DNA of 60,752 bases, the filler included, from Platydemus manokwari (Eukaryota): assembly GCA_037951405.1 (NCBI GenBank). It is 4 parts of 4 records of this genome, joined end to end, with 100 filler letters (N's around TTAATTAATTAA, not from the genome) between each part and the next. Parts side by side here need not be neighbours in the genome. Positions count along the whole stretch, not along the records: positions 45,529 to 60,752 come from JBBMOY011322539.1; 3 more parts are not named here. One strand, written 5' to 3'. Positions 51,682 through 60,752 of the stretch are shown here, piece by piece. The stretch's first letter is position 1; each line of letters starts with the position of its first letter. The notes under the pieces are model-generated. The model did no database searches. It was not told the origin of the DNA and saw only the letters and a program-made list of their open reading frames with translations. Made by a program: the position numbers and the translations under genes.

Positions 51682-52989
51682 TTAAGCCGAATTTTTATTC
51701 CGAAGATTCGACAGGAATTGATGCATATATGTGCCCAGATTATCGGGCAAGGGTTTTTTCGATACTTCTTCGACGAGTTTACAAAACGATTTCATTCTTC
51801 GATCATCTTTCATCGATTTTCGTTCCATGGTTGGATTTGAAGGACTCTCGTTTATCAGACGGGGTCGGCCTCGACGATTTCCTTTCCACGAAAAATTGAT
51901 CAACTCATCAACTGGAATGCCTTGTCGGACGATATTTCGTAGAAATCTCAGCGGCTCTGGATCGTAGGATTGGAGAATGATGTCACGGTTGATTTCCATT
52001 TTCAAATCGGGATCGGAAGCACAAATGATCACTTTCAATGGATCATCGATCGATGGTTGGGTGTAATTTGCAACGATTTTCTCGGCAACGACATTGAAAT
52101 TGTACAAGACGCTCTGGAATTGGCTAGCTTTTGCATTGGAAACGTTTTCATCTTTACATGGCACTTGTGGTGTCCTTGGAAGTGTTTCTTCGATTTTCAG
52201 TCTGGAAACAATGGAAATCATTTTGAATTTATTTCGAATATTTTACAATAAATTTTGAAATAAATTAAATTTTTATTAAACAGATTTTCATAAAAACAAA
52301 ATCCTAACTTTTTATAATCTGGTACGCAATCGAAACAGCCAGCATAAGTTGCTAGAAAGTCAAAATTTAAAACAAATTTCCCACCAAACTGTAATTACTA
52401 TTCATTTGGGTTTTCTTAGAATTTATACTTGGAATAGCATTGATTTTATCATCTGTATGAATGAAGGCATCCAAACTACGATAGTAATAATCAATTTAAT
52501 AACAAATAAAATAATTTCAAACTTATCTACATTTATTATATTATGATTAATTCCTAAATGCATTCGGAAAACCTCTTTATCAGTACTACATACTTGACAA
52601 AATGGACAAATATAACGAATTTTATAAGCTTCGGGTGTTAACTCCTTTTCAAAGGAATAACTTTCAGGTAATTCAGGAATGAACAATGAGTCAATTAGAA
52701 GTTTTTTACCGATTGACTATTAACAAAGCTCATGTAACTTCGATACAATTGACTTTTAAATGATTACTTTATCCGTTTCTTTGTGTTTAAGATGGACATG
52801 CTCATTTAACAAATCATCATGGCTACTTATCATCCCGCAATAATTACATTTGTAAATTTGCCATTCAACTGATTCTTGATGAGTGAAAAAATGTTCACCC
52901 ATTTTTGAAAGACTTAGTGACATATAAAAGCATTCAGGGCAATGCAAAACTTGCACATTGCAGTGTGACAATACTTTCATTTTGGTCAT
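51682..52989 (-). CDS. C2H2 zinc-finger protein with AT-hook-like motif and C-terminal DUF4806/BEN-like domain (about 5 exons)
   Basis: CPECFY...HFFTH, CNYCG...HVHLKH, CPFCQV...HLGINH; last exon LRNIVRQGIPVDELINFSWKGNRRGRPR...FLSNLRNK. Short GT-AG introns join the pieces. Confidence 0.75.
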
Positions 52990-54733
52990 GTATGAAATAA
53001 ATTAAATTATTAAAATCTAAAAAAATTATTAAAAAATAGTGGAGATGTTTAAATTATAGTTCAAAATTGTAAATAATTTTTAGTTTGGTTAAGAATTAGT
53101 TAAACAAATATTCTATAATATATCTCAAAATACAGTTCTGAATATATTTATAAATTTATCATTTAAATTCAAGTCAAATACAATGTAAAGGGAATAATTC
53201 CTTTTAAAATTTATATTTAATATTTATTATTAGTTTTAAAAGTCATTTATTTATATAAATCAAAAAATTATCAGATGTTAAATACCTAATTGAAAAGTGC
53301 TTGATCAAAAACCAAAAGATCATTCAAAAATATTATTTATCTAACATAATATAATATTATTTGATTGATAGTTGGATTTTATTTAACTGGATAATTTAAC
53401 TGGATTTATGTAATAAGGAGAACTAAAAAATTTGGCTACTCTGTTTACTTTCCGGTAACTTTTGTGGCAATTGTTAAGTGAAGATATAGACTGAGATTTG
53501 TACTTTCCCCACTCTTTCTCATTTAATCACCAGCCAGTTGTATTCGAACTTTCGGAGTCAATTGTGAATAGAATTACATCTGTTAATCAGTGTAAATATC
53601 TAGTGACTTTTTTGATAATGATTCATTTAAAATGATTGACGATAATTATTTATAGAGAAAAAATTTTTATTAGATTAAATTTATTATTTTTGGACTTTAT
53701 TTAACATTCTAATACATTTGAACCTTGAAGGACTTTAAAAATTTGTATTATGACAAATAATTTACACTGAATTCATTGTAATGACAGATATATCAGCTTA
53801 TCCGTTGGAGAAAATTGGAAAGTTTTCCAAATCTTTGTTATTTTATAAATGAAAGTCTTCATTGATAAATTACTAGAATAAACTCCTGAAACTACAAAAT
53901 ATTAACAATGGTATTTCAAGCAGAAATTAAAAGTTTATTTCATAACATGCAAATGTGCTATTAATGAAAAAAGGAGGGAAGTAAAACTCTCATTTGGAAA
54001 GCTGCGTAAAGCATAATCGTACATGAATAATCGATTAAATTAACAGAAAATCGAAACAACTGAATCGAATAGTTGTATGAATAACAAATTGATATTTTCT
54101 AATTTTTTCCTTAAAAAATATTTGTATAAATTTAATAAGCGTAATCCAATTTTATTTCTAACATTTTTACAAATTTCATTCTGATAAATTACCGTAATAT
54201 TTTTATTGGATTTATTTATACTGGTTTGTGGAGGTGTGATGAGATTAGTTGTTGAGATGCTCGCTATTGTACCGATCGGACTCCAGGCAATCGGTTGTGT
54301 TTTGTGTAAAGTATGTACGTTGCGATTTAATTATAAATAATAATAATATATTAGATAACAATAACGCGAATATGCTGCAAAATATAATAATCAATCAAAT
54401 ACAAAATTAGTTGTAATACAAAATTATGTAACCAAATGTATTACTATCATTATGTAAAAGCAGAACTGGTGAAGTGTGGTTCACTTAACCAGAGGGTAAG
54501 ACTCACGATACGGCTGAATCCTAAAATGAATAAAAGCTATCAAAAAGGTAGGAGCAAAACGAAGAGAGTTTTATTTAATATCGAATCTATTGACACGGTA
54601 TGAAAATAACGATCAATAATTCGGTCTGTACCTCGCTGACCGAAACGATTGGCTTGTGGAGGAGATTTCTATGCTTGTCTTGTAGCTGACTGATACTGCT
54701 TGTTGTGACTAATTTTCTCTGACTGATATACAA

Positions 54734-55381
54734 TCGTAGTGTTTCTGCTAGGTGACTGTGCTTTTAGTTTGATAAGTGGTTATTTGCAGTAATATTTTTG
54801 GCAATTCGCTCCGAATCCCCAGCTTCTTATAAATTATTTTCGTTATGCTTTTAACCAATAGCGATTTTTCTATTTCTGGAATTTTAAAATCCTATTTTTG
54901 TTTTCTGTTCTATTTTTGTAATTAATAAATTTTATTTTTAGTTTCGTGATTATTTTCTATTTTTGTAATTATTAAATTCTATTTATACGATTTTCATTTA
55001 TTTTTTGGATTTTTAATTTTGTGGCTATGCTTGTGAGCGTATCATGTTAATTTGTCGTTGTGTTTCTGCTAGGTGACTGTGCTTTTAGTCTGATAAGTGG
55101 TTATTTGCAGTAAAATTTTTGGCAATTCGCTCCGAATCTCCAGCTTCTTATATACTATGTTTGTTATGATTTTAATCAATTGCGATTTTTCTATTTCTGG
55201 AATTTTAAAATCCTATTTTTGATTTCTGTTCTATTTTGCAATTATTAAATTCTATTTTTAGATTATTGTATATTTTATTCTATTTTTGTAATTATATATT
55301 TCTATTTTTAATTACAAGTTTATTTTTAAGAATTTTATTTGTGATTATATTTGTGGACGTAACATGTTATTTGTCGTTGTG
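54734..55381. repeat. Tandem duplication, two ~320-bp units, probably within an LTR-like element on the minus strand
   Basis: GTGTTTCTGCTAGGTGACTGTGCTTTTAGT.TGATAAGTGG...GCTCCGAATC.CCAGCTTCTTATA at 54739 and 55060; both units end CATGTTA.TTTGTCGTTGTG. Confidence 0.9.
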
Positions 55382-55804
55382 CGACTCACTGTGGATTCGG
55401 ATACTAACAATTCCATCTCTGTCAAATATCACTTGTCAGTAGTGGAATAAAAAATTTACATTCATTTAATAATTGTAGTTTAATTCAAATAAAATTAATC
55501 CATATCGTCACATCGCAGAGTAATATAAAGACACGAAATAAATCAATAATTCACATCTAGTAGAAAGTTGATTCAGTAGGTCTATTTTTGTTGCACGGCT
55601 CATGCACCATTACAGTGTATTTCAACACAATGTGTGTAGATCCGATAACTTGTCAATCATAAATCAAAATCCAATATAAATTTATATTTGTTTTAATAAG
55701 AAAACCTTAATTTCATAGCACCATACAATATCGGACACAATCTATATAAAATTCATAATTTATAATCAATAACTACAAAATATCGAAGCCAAACAACTTT
55801 GAAT

Positions 55805-57010
55805 TTATTCCATCAAATCATCACTATTTTCCTCTTCTTCCTCCTCTTCAGAAGTACCATCGGGATCGGTTTTCTGACCTTCACATTTCTCACACGAACA
55901 ATTAAACAAGTAACATTCTCTCAGATATTTCTGACGAGAATATCGGCTTCTATTTAATTGACATTCATCAAGATATGAGATCGATATCTGTTCTCCTTTC
56001 GCTATGTCTCTCATAGCAACCAAAGACAACTTGCTGTCTTCACCGGAAAATTTAATTTCACAATTCGGTGAACAACTATGATTAATCAAACCTGTCAAAG
56101 CAACAAATTAATTCCAATTAAAAAACAAATCCAAAATTAAATCACTTTGCATTCGATATAACCCAATTCCTTCATTGTCAATAAATGATCCAACATGTTC
56201 ATCGATTTTATCATAAATATTATCAACGAAACTTTCGAAGTTGGCATCGTTTTGGAAATAATTTTCAGTATTTTTCAACCATAAACTAAACGAACTCGTT
56301 GCTATTCCTTGCGAATTACGACAAAGGAGAGCAATTAAATTCTGAAATCCTTCATAAGTAAACCAACTGTCGATGTCTTCTAAATACAAATTCTTTCTAA
56401 ACATGTCAAACAACAATTTTAATTGAACGGTGTATTTTTCATCAAGAATTTTATGAACCAAGTAATTTGACTCGTTATAAGTTGATTGACAGAAATTAGC
56501 AAACCAAGAAATCAAGACAGATTTGTTTTCAGATTGGTTTACCATAGCAACCATCTTAACCAAAATCATTATGTTCGATGTCTCTGGTGGGTGATGGATT
56601 CCATTCCATAACTGCTCGAAATTCTCTAGAAAATCTTTTGGAATAAATCCATTAGCTGAGCATAAAGTTTTGTGATATGAATTAAATGCTTTTTCTTTGC
56701 AATTTGTGCTACAGTACATAGTATTACATTTTTCACAATGACAAAAATTTGATTTCAGTGGAAAAATTTTACAAAATTCCTTGTTTGGAACTACTAATGA
56801 ATTATCACCCGTTAACCTCCTCAAATTTTCTTCCACGTCTTCTAAAGGTTTCATACATTCATCACAAGCAAGGTATTTATATTTTTTATTCCAAGAATAT
56901 TGAATTTGAACAAGCGGATATTCTTCGAATAATGTTGATCCGCTTTTAAAATTATCCTCTGCAACTAAGCCTCTTCCAATAATCGAATCAAAGTAATGCT
57001 CTTTAAGCAT
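55805..57010 (-). CDS. SMYD5: SET and MYND domain lysine methyltransferase SMYD5, two exons
   Basis: GRGLVA...LFEEYPLV.IQYSWN..YKYLACDECMKPLE; MYND cysteines; HHPPETSNIMIL; RNSQGIATSSF; NEGIGLY..QS/LINHSC across a 54-nt intron (56092-56145); SRYSRQKYLRECYLFNCSCEKC; acidic tail. Confidence 0.96.
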
Positions 57011-58524
57011 TTTTTTATTAAATTTAAGAAATTTATTGAAAGTAATATTGAAACAAAATGTTATAAATATAGTTTTCTAAATATATATATAAAAAATTAT
57101 AGTAATTAGAGTAATTTTTCTTTTATAAGGTAAATTTTGCAAAGAATATGTGATTGAAATAAGTTTGTAAATCTTTTTCTTTATTTCGAAATTTTATTTT
57201 AACTCAATACTTTGAAGTTTTATGGATTTCCTACGCATTAATAAATCTATTTCTAAAGTTAACTAAGGATACTATGGAATATTAAACAAACAAGTCACAA
57301 GTAATTATCGTAAAATCTTTTATTCTTTTAAACTTTATAAAAGGTAGGTGTATATGCTCATCGGTTTATACCCATACACAACAGACAATCAGAAAAATAC
57401 TAAATACAAATATTCATGATAAAAATACAATAATATGAATTAGCAGACAACCCAATAAACCAACTAAAAAACTCTAGTACATAAAACATTTAGAAAAACC
57501 ATTGAAGTAATAAATTTAGAAAATTGAAGTTAACTTACCATTAGTGGCAGAAACAACCTGCATTTTCATAGACATTACAAACTCAAATGGATCATTGAAA
57601 CAGTTCTAAATGTTGTAAATATTGACAATTTTTTGTCTTTTATAAAATATCTAGCACGGTTTCATCCCCATAGATCTACTAACATAGCTTATGACGACTA
57701 AGCTTTGGAACTATAATAAACGTGGTGAGTCGAGTGTAACTTGTTCTCTGAAGTTTATTAAGTGATAGCAAAGCAATGTAGACAAATGTAAACAAATGTA
57801 AACAAATCAAAAATAATTGAAATGTTATGGAGAAAACAAAGAAGAAAAATAAAATAATACTTAATTACAACGTAAAGAGTTGGTGACCAAATTTGTCATG
57901 TGAGAAATCGAAAGTACGAGTGTAATTTAATAAATTTAACATGTTAATGAGTTTATATTAAGTAAAAATAATATATGGATATTAGCGTCGTAATCTTTTC
58001 GGTAAAAACAGATTAAAAGAGTTTGGCCTTAAAAATTAGTTAATCCTTTTATATCAGAAGAATCGTAATTTCCTTCATTACTCAAGAATATTAGAAGCTA
58101 ATTAAAGCATAAAATATTTCCGGGCAAGCTCAAGGACAGAAGTTTAGTACAAATATTTGATATCATCAATATGTTGCTTCTCAATTTTTTTATTCATATA
58201 TTATTACTTCTTTGTTAAATTTTTAATTAATATCTTATTTATTTTTTATTCATTTCTACTTTGTTTCCATTTATTTCTAGCAAAAAATAACATTATAGTT
58301 CATTTTATCACAACAGCGTAAAAAACCCATAAAGAAATATCTCAAACTTTCAGAATAAAATACTGCTATGGTTGATTGATTCGTAAAATTCAGTTAATAT
58401 CTTTTTTTAAGAGGTCCAATGGTGACAAAACATAGTTTTTAAACCAAGTTCCCATTCTAATCACATCACTTCTATATGATCATTTGAGTTTTTAAATAAA
58501 ATTTTTATAATTATAAATCGAGTT

Positions 58525-58795
58525 TAGTGAACTACAGACATGTTTCATTATATAATTGCTTAATTTTATATAATTGTAAAAATTGAGAATATCTCTCAAT
58601 TTGCTTTTTAATGTTAAAAAAGGTGTCCTCGCTAATTTTCAATAAATTGCAATTCGACCTATTTTTTTTCATTTTTTCAAATAATCAAATTTTAGGATAT
58701 TTTTAAGCTCTAGTTTATTTAATATTTGATTTCAAACAACTAAAATTCTTCTTAAGTACTTCAATAAAAAATTCAAAATGTTTTTAAAGAAAATA
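58525..58795 (+). repeat. Dispersed AT-rich repeat, copy C
   Basis: Aligns with copies A and B. Confidence 0.85.
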
Positions 58796-60678
58796 ATTAA
58801 ATAAATCATATAGATTTTTGCAATACACTCACCCAATTAAAATTTTCTTTCTTAGAACCCTATTTTTTAACTTTAGCTTCATTGAAAATATTTCACCAAT
58901 GACTTTGCTCAGACACAATATTTGAAATTATCAAACATCGATTATTGTTTAAAAGATATAATTTCTCATAAGTATCTCCAGTCTATATTATTATTAAATC
59001 GATATTATATTTGTATTGATTGTCTTGTAGTCTCAAATGGAATCATTATGATCTTACTTTATCGATTGAATTATCAAAGCAAATTCTCATATTACAGCGA
59101 GTCTGAAAATTTTAAGTGCTTTCGTTGAAGTACTTATCGATCGGCTACAGTTTCAATTTTGATAAAAATGAAATCGACACCGTGTGATTATAAATTTAAA
59201 CAATTATTATTAATTAATATTGATTGACGCTTTGAATTTTTGATGACTGCTAGATGCTGTTGTTCCATTAAAATTACCCAATAGCAGCAGACTTGATGGG
59301 TTTCAGCAAACATAATTGTTTGAAATAAAATTTTAGAAAAAATTAATGATTAAAATATTGATCAAGAATTCTCTCTCAGATATTTTAAATTTGGATTTTT
59401 ATTGATTTGATATTCATTCCAGGAATTATCTATCACGATCATATGATGCTCACAATGGGTATTTTAAATTGTAATGGTTTACAGTTTCATTCATGCGGGA
59501 GATCATTAACAAAATGAATTAATGCAATCAAGATGGATTGAATTGAGCCACATCATCACTTAATTATTTTATTGTTTCACTGAAATCAATATCTAATCAG
59601 CTAGAATTAAAACAAGATTTAAAATGCTTGAAAATCGGTCAAATATCGAATGAAAATTATCAATATTAGCAATGAGATAGCAGGAATAAGATTTATCAGA
59701 TATTTCTATATATAGATGACACATGAACATTTCTCTTTATTATCGATCAATTCGACTCGTTGTTTTAAATGAATGGAATTATTTCCAATCAATGATGTCT
59801 CAGGAGAGCAATAAAAGTTCCGCAGAATTTAAAAAATTCATTTCTTAAGCAATTTCGTATTTCAATATGGAATCTATTATTTTTAGCGAAAATTAAATAA
59901 ATAATCGATTATTTTCATTCTTGTTTATTTCGTTTTATTGTCTCATGAAAAATCCTGAAAGACAAACGCATAATCGACTCGCAACCACTTGATTTTTTGA
60001 AAAGATTATTTTTTTATCATTATTATTGTTATTATTGCTATTATTAGTATTATTATTATTATTATCATTATTATTATAACTCAGTTTTACTTTAATAATA
60101 TTTATTATTATTATGGTGAGGTTTATGATGTTATGGAAGCCACCCTACAGAGACATAAAAACAAATCAGAGTGAATTTCGAATGTCCAAATAGGTCAATC
60201 GATAAATGGTAGATTTTCGATACTCGACTATATTGATGAGTCAGAATGAGCTCACTATTAGTTTTGTCAGCAATTAATCAACAAACCTTCTTCATCGTTA
60301 GAATAATATAATCAGGAAAAACTCAAAAACCATGACAATATATACACAATCATCACAAAATTCAAAAATGTATACATCGTTCTTAATCCCATAATAAATG
60401 TCTCGCATAGATCTATTTCGGGATCATGCATGAGAATAACAATTGTAATTGCATTCAATATCGTCTACCCGAATTTTAATCACCCTTTTCTATTTTATCT
60501 GCCTTTGGTTTGAATTGTCTTTTAATTTATACCTTAATTAATTCCAATCAATTCTCCTGGATTTCTTTCAACAAATGTCTGACTTTTGAGGGAAATCAAC
60601 TTGTGATGCAGAATTTGTTTTAAGTAAATTCAAATCCTCATTTCTTGATAAATAAAATTGAATCAATTTTTTATATTT

Positions 60679-60680
<2 letters not shown>

Positions 60681-60752
<72 letters not shown>
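60681..60752. repeat. (AAT)n microsatellite running to the window end
   Basis: Direct reading. Confidence 0.97.

Noticed and set aside
60681-60752. Terminal repeat as a telomere
   Set aside because: (AAT)n is a common microsatellite also seen internally; it is not a TTAGGG-type repeat.

Overview
A very AT-rich eukaryotic (animal) window. The 42-65 nt introns and the element content suggest a free-living flatworm, but this is an inference. It is four contigs joined by artificial N44-TTAATTAATTAA-N44 linkers, so adjacency across 24.4, 35.1 and 45.4 kb is not evidence of linkage. Five host genes are recognisable: NSF (+), transportin-3 (+), peroxidasin (+), a C2H2/DUF4806-like zinc-finger gene (-) and SMYD5 (-). 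Mobile DNA includes a decayed Ty3/Gypsy element whose integrase reads on into an envelope-like polyprotein, with a separate chuvirus-like glycoprotein fragment on its other side. There is also a decayed RLE-type non-LTR retrotransposon with tandem Ulp1-like domains and a highly structured 3' UTR, two miniature LTR elements (TRIM-like, tRNA-Arg primer site), an internally deleted Tc1/mariner element and several repeats. All calls come from manual translation and motif recognition; no database searches were run.
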